A program made the translations under genes and the position numbers. Below are positions 1 through 9,490 of a DNA stretch of 47,106 nucleotides, piece after piece. The DNA is from an uncultured bacterium. GTDB lineage: Bacteria > SAR324 > NAC60-12. The notes under the pieces are model-generated. The model was not told where the DNA came from. It ran no database searches and saw only the letters and a program-made list of their open reading frames with translations. The stretch lies in the NCBI GenBank assembly GCA_965662845.1, contig CBFIJD010000024.1:1-47106 (forward strand), written 5' to 3'. Each line of letters begins with the position of its first letter. Position 1 is the first letter of the stretch.

Positions 1-1
1 C

Positions 2-187
2 CTGTTGGAACGACTACTAGTCAAACGCTTTGGCCCCTTGAACGAAACCACCCGCAGCCGACTGGAAAACGCCACTCTGGAGCAACTAGAAGGCTGGGCT
101 GATCGCGTCCTCGATGCACCGACGCTCGATGACGTGTTTGGCGCCTATGAGCGTGGGGATGAAGACCGGAGCGGAGACGCATCCTGA
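2..187 (+). CDS. 3' end of a DUF4351-domain protein (typical C-terminus of Rpn/YhgA-like PD-(D/E)XK proteins); 5' part outside window
   Basis: LLERLLVKRFGPL...RLENATLEQLEGWADRVLDAPTLDDVF matches the DUF4351 pattern (LLxRRFGxL...LExLExWxxRxLxAxxLxxVF); frame is open to the window edge. Confidence 0.75.
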   Translation: MLERLLVKRFGPLNETTRSRLENATLEQLEGWADRVLDAPTLDDVFGAYERGDEDRSGDAS

Positions 188-307
188 GCACATCGTGTCC
201 CAGATGCTGCCAATCTTCGGTTTGAGTTCACCGGTGACTCTGGGGTGCCCTCAGACGACAGAAGAATCCGGCAGAGACAGGGGTTGGACAAAAAGAAGCT
301 AGCGTCG

Positions 308-2241
308 TCAGGGGGAGAGTTGGCTGGCTTGGATCCGGTGGTTATCTACGCGGCGTGTCCAGTGTTGTTGATCGGCGTGTTCCAGGAGTTCGAGGGCGTG
401 ACGGCGTCCCGTCTCCAGCAAGTTTTTGCACTCAATCACGCTGATCGTCTCGTGCGCAGCGAACCAGCGCTGGAGTTGCTCCCGAAATGACGCGATTTGC
501 TCCGGCGTGTACCACAAATCTTCCGCAACCCGCACCAGCACCTTGCGAAACGTCGCTTGCTTGAGCAGCTCCACCCCCTGCTTCTCTGGGAGCCTGAGTT
601 GTTCCAACAATAGAGTTTGCCGCAGCGGCTGAAAGCCTCCACCGCGTACGACGGCGACCAAAGTTGGTCAAGCAAAGCCTCGGTGTCGACTTGTGTCTGC
701 GCTTGATGCTCAGGCAACGCGAGGTGCCCCGCCCGCTTGACGCACACGCCCTGTTTTTCGAGAAACCGCAACACGGAGGAGATCGCTTCTTCGTGAGGAA
801 ACAGCGGCCGTAACTTGCCCGACAACTCCGCAGGGAGCATCCCCTCGCGCTCAGGAAACTGAAGATGATGCTGCCGCAACACGCGCTGGACAAACCGCCC
901 AACGCGCCTCACATGTTCATGATGCAGCAAGTGCTTGGTCGCCACGTCGATCTGCACAACTTGTTGTTGGCTTTGCAGCGCCTGCATCTCTTTGTGAAGA
1001 GCCTTCAGTGACGAGGTCGTGCGCAGCGTCAGCTCCTGCAACGTCGCGCCCCGAGTGGACTGCAACCACAAGGCAGCGAGCAGCTGTTCGCTGGCAGAAT
1101 CATCTCGCACCAGCCGCAGCCGAGACGCGAGGTCGTGCCGCAACCGACGAGACTTGTGCGGAGCCGGATCGAGCACAACGCCGCCGCCCAGTGTGCTGAC
1201 CGGCTGCAACCCACGGATCAGGAAACGATCTCCGCAGCGCGTGCTGACCGGCTGCTCCAAGCGCAGCTGCACCAGACTCGTCGCGTTGGGCTCTAGCGGC
1301 TCGTGTTCGAGAGGAATCAAGCGGCCCACCACAGACGCGCTCCCCAAGTGAACCTGCACGACCTCCCGCCGCCGCAGTGGACGCGACACATCCGCCAACA
1401 CCTGCAGCTCCACGTTGAGGAGATAAGAAGTCAACAAAGATCCCGCCGCCGCGAGCTGGTCGCCCCTTCCGATCTCCTCGGCTCCAACCTGCGCCAGATT
1501 GATCGCCGCGCGCGCGCCGTGCGTGACCTGCGGCACCTTCGCGCCATGTTGTTGTAATCCCCGCACACGCCAGAGCTTTCCTGCTGGAAACTGCATCACC
1601 TCTTGCTCGAAGGCGAGCGCTCCACTATGAACCGTCCCCGTCACGACAGTGCCAAACCCTTTGACGGCAAACGAGCGATCAATCGTGAGGCGAAACGGAC
1701 GCTCGTCGTGGCGCGCAGGCAGGCTTTGCGTGAGATGAGTCAGCGCGTGCTTGAGCGCTGAGAGGCCGGCTCCCGTCACGGCAGAGACCGGCAAGAGCGG
1801 CGCTTCGGCGAGAAACGTGCCTTGCACCAGCTCGCGAACCTCTTCGGCGCAGAGTTCGAGGAGGTCGGGGTCTTCAAGTTTGTCAATGCGCGTAAGCACC
1901 AACAGCCCTTGGGGCACGCCGAGCAGCTCGCAGATGTGCAGATGTTCGCGCGTTTGGGGCATCACGCCTTCGTCTGCCGCGACGATGAGCAGCACCGCGT
2001 CCAAGCCGGCGACACCAGCGAGCATGTTGTGCACGAACTTCTCGTGCCCAGGGACATCGACGAAGGCAACCGCGACGTCGTCAAAGCTCCCGTGCGCGAA
2101 GCCAAGATCAATTGTGATGCCGCGTCGCTTCTCTTCTGTGAGGCGGTCGGTGTCGATCCCGGTGAGCGCGTATACGAGGGTGGTCTTGCCGTGGTCAACG
2201 TGCCCGGCGGTTCCAAGCACAAGCTGAGGGTGGGAGGCCAT
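308..2241 (-). pseudogene. selB: Selenocysteine-specific elongation factor SelB, split by a frameshift near 660-664 (real lesion or assembly indel)
   Basis: ORF 436..2241 has GTAGHVDHGKT, RGITIDLGF, DVPGHEKF and NMLAG. The terminal winged-helix region (TGRRHALELLEHADQQHWTRRVDNHR, cf. SRKYAIPLLEYxDxxxxTRR) lies in another frame, ORF 308..661. Confidence 0.88.
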
Positions 2242-2316
2242 AAAGGATTGGGAGACAGAGCGACAAGAGGAGTTGGGAAAAACGCAACAGGCAAAAGGAG
2301 CAAAGAGTGTGCTGCT

Positions 2317-3075
2317 TCAGAGGACGCTCAAGACCTCCACCACCCGCGAGGCGTTGTCCTTAGCAAGCGAACCATCGGCGTGCCGCAAGTTGTTCTCAAA
2401 TCCCACACGCAGCTTTCCGCCCTCACGATGTGCTCTCTGTAAGCACGCGGTTTCGTGATGCCCGAACGCGCACACTGCCCAGTCGGCTTCAGGGACGGCT
2501 TGCAAGAGAGCGCTTCGGGGGGCATCCAAGGCTTGTGGAAGCGCCAGACGGTTTGCCGTGTATCGTCCGAGCACAATCAGCGCTTGCTGTGAAGCGCACG
2601 GAATGACGCCAGCTTGCCGCAGCTGGGCAAACTGCGCGATGTCGGCGAGATCGTAGAGGATGTGTTGTACGGCAATCTCGGCTTCATGGCATTGATGGTA
2701 GAAGCGGCGCACAGCAGGGAGGTCGGCCTCCGCACACATCTCGCGCAACGCCACGGAGACCGCGCGCGGTTGCACCTTTGTCACAAGGTCGCGCTGTTCT
2801 CGTGGAGTGTAGCGACCGACCGCTTCCGTCGTGATTTGAATGTGCATCTGCGGGACGATGTTCTGTAACTCGCTGAGCAGCTCACGATACAGCCCAGCGT
2901 CCAAGACGTGTTGTCCTTCGGTATCGCGAACATGAGCGTGGAGGCCGTCTGCGCCGTGGTTCCAGCACTCTCGTGCCGTTTCGACGATCTCTGCGAGCGT
3001 GACAGGCACCGCCGGGTGTTCTGTTTTTTGCAGCCTCGCTCCGTTGGGAGCAACCATGAGCTTAGGCAGTGACAT
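2317..3075 (-). CDS. 3-keto-5-aminohexanoate cleavage (BKACE/DUF849) family protein
   Basis: MVAPNGAR, metal-binding HxH (LHAHVRD), QITTEAVG, RVGFENN motifs; start overlaps the upstream aminotransferase stop by 14 bp. Confidence 0.9.
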   Translation of the reverse strand: MSLPKLMVAPNGARLQKTEHPAVPVTLAEIVETARECWNHGADGLHAHVRDTEGQHVLDAGLYRELLSELQNIVPQMHIQITTEAVGRYTPREQRDLVTKVQPRAVSVALREMCAEADLPAVRRFYHQCHEAEIAVQHILYDLADIAQFAQLRQAGVIPCASQQALIVLGRYTANRLALPQALDAPRSALLQAVPEADWAVCAFGHHETACLQRAHREGGKLRVGFENNLRHADGSLAKDNASRVVEVLSVL

Positions 3076-4399
3076 CGGCGGTCAATGAAAGGTGCAGCGC
3101 GCGCTCCAGCTTCTCGACCAACTCGTCGATTTGCGCGTCTTGCAAGATGAATGGTGGCGCCAAGAGGACGTGGTTTCCGTTTTGACCATCAATAGTCCCG
3201 CCCATCGGATAGCACATGAGCCCGAGGGCCATTGCGTTCCGTTTGATCCGCTGGTGGAGTTTGTGTGCAGGAGCAAACGGCTCCTTTGTAGTCCGATCTC
3301 GCACAATCTCTAAGGCGAGAAACAGCCCTTTCCCTCGAAGGTCTCCCACGTGGGGATGTTCTGCGAAGGTCTCTGCCAAGCGAGCTTTGAGGAGCGCGCC
3401 GACTTCACGCACTCGTGGAAGTGTTGTGTTGTCCGTTAAGCGTCGCACAACGGCTTCCGCCACCGCCATCGCTAGCGGATGACCGAGATAGGTGTGTCCG
3501 TGCTGGAAGAAGCCCGACCCGGCGGCGATGGCGTCGTGAATGGTCGCCGAACACAGCAGGGCTCCCACCGGTTGAAATCCTGCTCCTAGCCCTTTGGCAA
3601 TCGTGACGATGTCAGGGCTGACGCGCTCTGATTCACAGGCGAAGAGCGTCCCTGTTCTTCCCATGCCACACATGACCTCGTCTAAGATCAACAGGATGCC
3701 GTATTGATCACAAATCTCGCGGATACGCTGAAAGTAGCCGTCTACCGCAGGCACCGCGCCGGCGGTGGCCCCGACCACAGGCTCGGCGATGAACGCCATC
3801 ACGGTCTCGGGGCCGAGCCTCTCAAGCTCTTCGGCTAGTTGGTTCGCGACGCGTTGGCCGTATTCAAAAGGCGTCTCGTGAGCATGGCGACCGCGATACT
3901 CGTAACAGGGAGCGATGTGGCTGGCGCTCATCATGAGCGAATCGAAGGGCGCACGCCGCCAAAGATTGCCTCCGACGCCCAAAGCGCCCAGCGTGTTCCC
4001 GTGATAGCTTTGGCGACGAGCGATGACACGGTGGCGACGTTCTTGGCCTATTTCTAAAAAGTATTGCCGCGCCAGTTTGAGAGCCGCCTCCACGGCTTCA
4101 GAACCTCCAGAGACTGGATACATTTTGGCGAGCCCGGCAGGGGCATGCGCGATCAGCAGCTCCGCGCAAGACTCCGCGGCTTCGCTCGTGAAAAACGCGG
4201 TGTGGGCATACGGCAACTTGTCAAGTTGCTCCCGTAAGGTGGCTTTGACGATCTCGTCAGAGTGCCCTAGGCAAGAGACCGCTGCGCCACCACAGGCATC
4301 CAGATAGCGCTTGCCATCGGCGTCAATGATGTAGCAACCGTCACCGGTCGCTGCGGTCGGCAGGTGGGCGTTGCAGGTGCGGTGAAAGAGTGCGGACAT
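3062..4399 (-). CDS. Class-III PLP-dependent aminotransferase
   Basis: YLDACGGAAVSCLGH, SGGSEAVE, SYHGNT, FIAEPVVG, LILDEVMCGMGRTG, PDIVTIAKGLG (PLP Lys), HGHTY. Confidence 0.93.
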   Translation of the reverse strand: MSALFHRTCNAHLPTAATGDGCYIIDADGKRYLDACGGAAVSCLGHSDEIVKATLREQLDKLPYAHTAFFTSEAAESCAELLIAHAPAGLAKMYPVSGGSEAVEAALKLARQYFLEIGQERRHRVIARRQSYHGNTLGALGVGGNLWRRAPFDSLMMSASHIAPCYEYRGRHAHETPFEYGQRVANQLAEELERLGPETVMAFIAEPVVGATAGAVPAVDGYFQRIREICDQYGILLILDEVMCGMGRTGTLFACESERVSPDIVTIAKGLGAGFQPVGALLCSATIHDAIAAGSGFFQHGHTYLGHPLAMAVAEAVVRRLTDNTTLPRVREVGALLKARLAETFAEHPHVGDLRGKGLFLALEIVRDRTTKEPFAPAHKLHQRIKRNAMALGLMCYPMGGTIDGQNGNHVLLAPPFILQDAQIDELVEKLERALHLSLTADVTA

Positions 4400-4457
4400 G
4401 ATTCTCTGCGCTGGAAGTTGCAGGTTAAGAAGACAAGCGCCGAGCCCTGTGAGAGGC

Positions 4458-7061
4458 TCATGTCTCTGCGTGCCGTCGACGCTGACGTTGAGAAAACCAC
4501 ACGAGGGAGAGCAACCCGAGCGCGGGTAAGAAGAACCACTCCTTGGCGACCCGGTCGGTTTGTGGCTCCAGCACCGTGGTCAAACGAACAGGCGCGTCTG
4601 CATAGAAGTCATAACGCTGAAACGACTGAAAATACGTGGAGCCGGGGAGCGGTTCTTCTAGCCGGATGCCGTCGGCGTCTGTCTGCAGCAGCAGTCCCTG
4701 CTTCTCTAAGGCGGCTTGTAGGGTTTGGTCGGCTGTGAGTTCAGCCAAAATAGTCAGGGCGATGGTCTGGTCCGGGTTGTCAAAATCGGGCCCCTCCACT
4801 CCCAGTCGCACGGTCATCTCATTTCCCGACGCTTGCAACAGGCTGGCAATCTCAGCGCCTCGATATTCGATCCACGGCGGTTGCCACTGATCCAGCCAGT
4901 AGCCAGGGCGGAAGAGCGTGAAGGCAATGAGCAACAGCGCCAGCGTCTCCCACCAGCGACTCTTCACGAGCCAATAGCCTTGCGTCGCCGCCGCAAAGAG
5001 CATCATCGCCGCAGCAGCTATCCCAAAAACGATGATCCCTTTCACCCAACCGACCTCCATCAGGAGCAAGTCGGTGTTGAAAATGAAGAGAAACGGCAGC
5101 AGCGCGGTGCGGATGTCGTAGGTGAACCCTTGAATGCCCGTCTTGAGCGGATCGCCCTGACTGATGGCCGAGGCCGCGAAGGCCGCGAGCCCGACAGGCG
5201 GCGTGTCGTCGGCCAAAATGCCGAAATAAAACACGAACAGGTGCACCGCGACGAGGGGCACGATGAGCCCATTTTGGGCGCCAAGCGTCACGATAACCGG
5301 CGCCATTAGCGACGAAACGACAATGTAGTTTGCGGTCGTGGGCAGCCCCATCCCCAACAGCAAGCTCATCACGGCGACCAAAAGTAGCATCAACATCAAA
5401 CTGCCGCTGGAGAGGACCTCTACGAACTCACCAATGACCTGATGTGCGCCTGTGAGCGAGACCGTCCCAATGATGACGCCAGCGACGCCGGTTGCGACGC
5501 CGATACCGACCATATTCTCAGCGCCACTCGCTAGGCCCTCCCACAAGTCGCGCATGCCAAGCTGGAACTTCGCCGCCCAGTTGGCTTCTCGGCGAAACCA
5601 CGCCTTCAGTGGATTTTGGGTAATGAGCACAATCGCCATCACAATTGTTGCCCAGAACGCCGACAGCGCCGGAGACAACCGCTCAATCAACACACACCAC
5701 AGCAAAATGACGATCGGTAGCAAGTAGTGAAGTCCAGTGAGGGCGATGGTTCCGGCAGAGGGAAGCTTCTGGAGATCTGTGATTTCACCTGCGTCTTCTA
5801 AGTCAGGAAATTGAGCCGCTAACCGGATCAAAAAGAGATAGCTCCCCACAACGAAAATCGCGGCAAATCCCAGCGTTAAATCAGGCAGCACGACCTTCAG
5901 CCAACCGAACAGATAGTAGACAACGAGGCTGAGCACCCCCATGCCCACAAATCCTCCCAGCACCCCTAAAAGACGCTGTAAGAGCGTGTTGTGAGAAGCC
6001 CGCCGCGATTGCCCTTGAAGACCCAGTTTGCAGGCTTCGAGATGCACGATGTACAGGAGCGCGATGTAAGAGACGAGGGCGGGGAGCAACGCGTGGCGAA
6101 TGAGCGTGAGGTAAGGAGTCCCTGTGAACTCTGCGATGAGGAAGGCCGCAGCTCCCATCACGGGAGGAGTCAACTGCCCGTTGGTAGAAGAGGCGACCTC
6201 AACAGCTCCGGCTTTCTCTGGGCTAAACCCCGTCTTTCTCATCAGCGGGATCGTGAAGGTGCCGGTGGTGACCACATTTGCGATGGAGGACCCAGAGTAA
6301 ATCCCCGAGAGCCCTGAGGCGACCACCGCAGCCTTGGCAGGTCCACCCCGGAAATGTCCTAACAGCGCAAACGCGAGCTGAATGAAGTAGTGCCCTGCCC
6401 CGGCTTGCTCCAGCAAAGCCCCGAACAAGACAAAGAGAAAGATCATCGAAGCAGAAACCCCAAGCGCGACGCCAAAAACCCCTTCTGTCTGCATCCAGAA
6501 GTGCCAGAGCGCTTTGTTGAGAGAAGCACCTTTCCACTGCAAAGTGTCAGGGACAAAGGCCTGATCTCCCAAAAAGACATACGCGAGGAAAACGCCAGCG
6601 ACGATCAAGAGGGGGAGCCCTAAGGCTCGATAGACGGCGAGGCCCAGGCAGAAGAGGCCGATGGTGGAGAAGACTAAGTCGGCGGTGATGGGAAGCCCCG
6701 CGCGGTCTGCGATGTTGTCTTTGAAAATCAACAAGTAGAGACAGGTGCTCGCGCCGAGGAGCGCTAATCCGAGGTCATACCACGGAATATGGCGTTCGCT
6801 GCGTGTGCCGGCGATCGGATGCAGCAGCATCGCCAAAGCGACAGCGAACGCGAGGTGAATTTGCCGTACTTCTTGATTGTTAAAGACAAGCCCGAGACCC
6901 GTCAGGCTGGAGAGCCAAAAGGGAATGCTGCTCGCTGCGTAGACCTGAAAGAGAGACCACACCACACACAGCACAAAGACTGTGCGGGCGGCCCCTCCCT
7001 CTAGCACCCGCATGCGCGCATCATGGATCGGCAAGTCGGCGTGTGGGACCGAAGAGGTCAT
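4458..7061 (-). CDS. TRAP transporter fused 4TM/12TM permease (TAXI-associated)
   Basis: Highly hydrophobic 867 aa; GGPAKAAVVAS, GSSIANVVTTGTFTIP, GQLTPPVMGAAAF, LGMGLPTTANY, DDTPPVGLAAF. Confidence 0.93.
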   Translation of the reverse strand: MTSSVPHADLPIHDARMRVLEGGAARTVFVLCVVWSLFQVYAASSIPFWLSSLTGLGLVFNNQEVRQIHLAFAVALAMLLHPIAGTRSERHIPWYDLGLALLGASTCLYLLIFKDNIADRAGLPITADLVFSTIGLFCLGLAVYRALGLPLLIVAGVFLAYVFLGDQAFVPDTLQWKGASLNKALWHFWMQTEGVFGVALGVSASMIFLFVLFGALLEQAGAGHYFIQLAFALLGHFRGGPAKAAVVASGLSGIYSGSSIANVVTTGTFTIPLMRKTGFSPEKAGAVEVASSTNGQLTPPVMGAAAFLIAEFTGTPYLTLIRHALLPALVSYIALLYIVHLEACKLGLQGQSRRASHNTLLQRLLGVLGGFVGMGVLSLVVYYLFGWLKVVLPDLTLGFAAIFVVGSYLFLIRLAAQFPDLEDAGEITDLQKLPSAGTIALTGLHYLLPIVILLWCVLIERLSPALSAFWATIVMAIVLITQNPLKAWFRREANWAAKFQLGMRDLWEGLASGAENMVGIGVATGVAGVIIGTVSLTGAHQVIGEFVEVLSSGSLMLMLLLVAVMSLLLGMGLPTTANYIVVSSLMAPVIVTLGAQNGLIVPLVAVHLFVFYFGILADDTPPVGLAAFAASAISQGDPLKTGIQGFTYDIRTALLPFLFIFNTDLLLMEVGWVKGIIVFGIAAAAMMLFAAATQGYWLVKSRWWETLALLLIAFTLFRPGYWLDQWQPPWIEYRGAEIASLLQASGNEMTVRLGVEGPDFDNPDQTIALTILAELTADQTLQAALEKQGLLLQTDADGIRLEEPLPGSTYFQSFQRYDFYADAPVRLTTVLEPQTDRVAKEWFFLPALGLLSLVWFSQRQRRRHAET

Positions 7062-7103
7062 AGACGTCTGCGATCAAGAGACTGCGCGAACAGCCTCCAG
7101 ATC

Positions 7104-8066
7104 TCACATCCAGCCACGCTCTTTGTAGTAGCGCAACGCTCCGGGGTGCAGAGGCGCAGAGAGTCCGTCGCGGATCATTTCGTCTTCTTTGAGGTTGGCG
7201 AAGGCGGGATGGAGTTTCTTGAAGTCAGCAAAGTTGTCAAACACGGCTTTGACGACGGTGTAGACGACCTCGTCAGGCACGTTCGCGGAGGTGACAAACG
7301 TCGCTCCGACCCCAAAGGTTGTAGTGGCTTGGTCGTTCCCTTCATACATGCCACCGGGAATGTTCGCGACGCGGTAGAAGCTGTTGTCGCGCACCAGCTG
7401 GTCGATCGGGGCGCCCTTGACGTCCACAAGATTCACGTCACAGGTGGTGGTCGCTTCGGTAATCGCGGCAGCCGGATGACCAATGGTATAGATCATCGCG
7501 TCAATTTTGCCGTCACACAGCGCCTGCGCCATCTCTGAGCCTTTCAGCTCTGCTGCCAACGCAAAATCACTCATTTTTGTGCCAAAGGCGTTCATCACCA
7601 CTTCCATGGTCGCGCGTTGGCCTGAGCCGGGGTTCCCCACGTTGACCTTGTAGCCGCGGAGGTCTTCAAAACTGCGAATGGGCTTGTCGCCGCGGACTAA
7701 GAGCGTGAAAGGCTCTGGATGCACCGAGAAGACCGCGCGGAGATCTTCAAACTTGCCTTGGCTCTCAAATTTGCTGGTGCCGTTGTAGGCATGATATTGC
7801 CAGTCGGACTGCGCAACACCAAAATCCAGCTCTCCCGCCCGGATGTTGTTGATGTTGTAAACCGAGCCTCCTGTGGACTCTGCCGAACAGCGAATGCCGT
7901 GCTGTTTGCGATCTTTGTTGACCAAGCGGCAGATGGCTCCGCCTGTGGGGTAATAGACGCCGGTGACCCCACCGGTTCCAATCGAGATAAAGCGTTGCTG
8001 AGCTTGTGCAGGGACGATAGAACTCGCGACCAACGCGCCAGCGAGTAGCAAATGTTTCCAGTTCAT
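7104..8066 (-). CDS. TAXI-family TRAP substrate-binding protein
   Basis: Start re-assigned to ATG 8066 (GGAGG upstream, signal peptide [10 protein letters not shown]...AQA); [35 protein letters not shown] motifs. Confidence 0.93.
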   Translation of the reverse strand: MNWKHLLLAGALVASSIVPAQAQQRFISIGTGGVTGVYYPTGGAICRLVNKDRKQHGIRCSAESTGGSVYNINNIRAGELDFGVAQSDWQYHAYNGTSKFESQGKFEDLRAVFSVHPEPFTLLVRGDKPIRSFEDLRGYKVNVGNPGSGQRATMEVVMNAFGTKMSDFALAAELKGSEMAQALCDGKIDAMIYTIGHPAAAITEATTTCDVNLVDVKGAPIDQLVRDNSFYRVANIPGGMYEGNDQATTTFGVGATFVTSANVPDEVVYTVVKAVFDNFADFKKLHPAFANLKEDEMIRDGLSAPLHPGALRYYKERGWM

Positions 8067-8217
8067 GCAGCCTCCGAGGTAATGAGCGTGCGCCCACAAG
8101 TGGTGATTGTAAAACTGGCGGGATGCCAGACAAGGGTAAACAGCTTTACACGGTCTGTAGAAATCAGCAAACCCCAAAGGGGAGTCGGCACAAAAGCGTT
8201 GAGAAATCTCTCGCTTT

Positions 8218-8292
8218 GCACAAGTTATCGACAGGTTTTCGACAGCGCCTCTCAGGAGGCATTGGCACAAGTTATCGACAGGTTTTCGACAG
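8218..8292. repeat. Exact 28-bp direct repeat GCACAAGTTATCGACAGGTTTTCGACAG (x2, 47-bp period) containing DnaA-box-like 9-mers
   Basis: Copies at 8218-8245 and 8265-8292, separated by a small hairpin GCCTC-TCAG-GAGGC. Confidence 0.9.
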
Positions 8293-8469
8293 GAGAAGCC
8301 GCATCCGGTGTCGTCTGAGGGGCTTGGCTTTCCCAACCCAGCTGGCTCCCTTGCGCCCATCTCTCAGAACTCTCCGTCTTTTGCATGGAAGGCTTCCCAA
8401 ATAACGGAAGACCGCATCTACCGCGTCGCGGCTCCTTGCTCTGTTCCTGATTTTCTGACGAGATCCCCC

Positions 8470-9387
8470 ATGAAGCGAATGCGAACCACTTTATCTGTGC
8501 CTGGAAATTCCGCCAAGATGCAGGCGAAAGCGCTCCATACCAACGCGGACTTGCTACTGTTTGATCTGGAAGACAGCGTCCCCCTCGCAGAGAAAGAGCG
8601 GGCGCGCCAACAAATCGTGGAGACGTTGTCGAGCGTGTCGGCCCCGTCGGCGCGGATCGGGTTACGGATCAATGGAGTGGACACACCGCTGTTTTATTGG
8701 GATGTGATTGAGGTGATTGAGAGCATCGTGGATTGCGTGGAGACCATCGTGATCCCGAAGGTTCGGGACGCTGGAGACATCGCCTGTGTGAGCCGCTTGC
8801 TGGACGGAATTGAACAACACACGGGCGCCTCACGCGCGATTCAGCTGCAAGCGTGCATCGAGACTCCGTCTGGACTTGTGCAGGCGGAAGCGATCGCGCA
8901 GGCTTCTCCACGCATGGAAGCGCTCGTGTTCGGCATCGCAGATTATTCGACTTCGATTGGGGCGCAGCTGGTCTCGATTTCGGGGCATGGGGAGAACGAA
9001 GAGGCGATCTACGACGGACATCGCTGGCACTACGTGTTGAGCCGTATGGTGGCTTGCGCGAAAGCGTTTGGGTTGCAGGCGATCGACGCGCCTTACGGGC
9101 ACTTTCGCGATGTGGAAGGTCTGGAGCGCTCTGCGGCCCAAGCACGGGCGCTCGGCTGTGACGGAAAATGGGCGATCCACCCTGTGCAGCTGGAGCCCAT
9201 TCGCAACATCTTCTCTCCGACTCCGGAAGAGGTCGCGCTCGCGCGCAGAGTGGTGCAGGCTGCCGAGAACGCGCAAGCCCAAGGACGAGGCGCTATTGCT
9301 CTGGGCGGTCGCATGATTGATCACGCGACCGTCCAACTCGCGCGCGCTGTGCTCGAAAACGCAGACCCTGAACGCCCCCCTGCATAA
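8470..9387 (+). CDS. CitE/malyl-CoA lyase-like CoA-ester lyase (HpcH/HpaI aldolase family)
   Basis: LSVPGN, FDLEDSV, RING, IPKV, IETPSG, FGIADY, AIDAPY, GKWAIHP, GRMID; start taken at ATG 8470. Confidence 0.9.
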   Translation: MKRMRTTLSVPGNSAKMQAKALHTNADLLLFDLEDSVPLAEKERARQQIVETLSSVSAPSARIGLRINGVDTPLFYWDVIEVIESIVDCVETIVIPKVRDAGDIACVSRLLDGIEQHTGASRAIQLQACIETPSGLVQAEAIAQASPRMEALVFGIADYSTSIGAQLVSISGHGENEEAIYDGHRWHYVLSRMVACAKAFGLQAIDAPYGHFRDVEGLERSAAQARALGCDGKWAIHPVQLEPIRNIFSPTPEEVALARRVVQAAENAQAQGRGAIALGGRMIDHATVQLARAVLENADPERPPA

Positions 9388-9405
9388 ATTCCCTCTTACC
9401 CCCAC

Positions 9406-9475
9406 CTTTTTTGACTTTCACTTTGTCAGGCTCTCTCCCACAGTGCCGTCACTTTTTTGACTTCAACCTTTGTCA
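9406..9475. promoter_or_regulatory. Repeated TGAC/GTCA half-site array upstream of cheV (candidate transcription-factor site)
   Basis: CTTTTTTGACTTTCACTTTGTCA (9406-9428) and CTTTTTTGACTTCAACCTTTGTCA (9452-9475); GTCA-N6-TGAC palindrome at 9448-9461. Confidence 0.45.
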
Positions 9476-9490
9476 CCCCACGGAGTCCCT

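Noticed and set aside
7104..8360. Long N-terminal extensions in the ORF track (TAXI from 8360, citE-like from 8308, trpE from 14645, FadL from 28735, flgH from 33184, flgF from 35781)
   Set aside because: Downstream ATGs coincide with RBSs, signal peptides or family N-termini; the extensions overlap neighbours or regulatory DNA
8100..8460. Chromosomal replication origin
   Set aside because: Only four variant boxes, no clear AT-rich unwinding element, no dnaA/dnaN/gidA neighbours; kept only as a DnaA-box-like cluster
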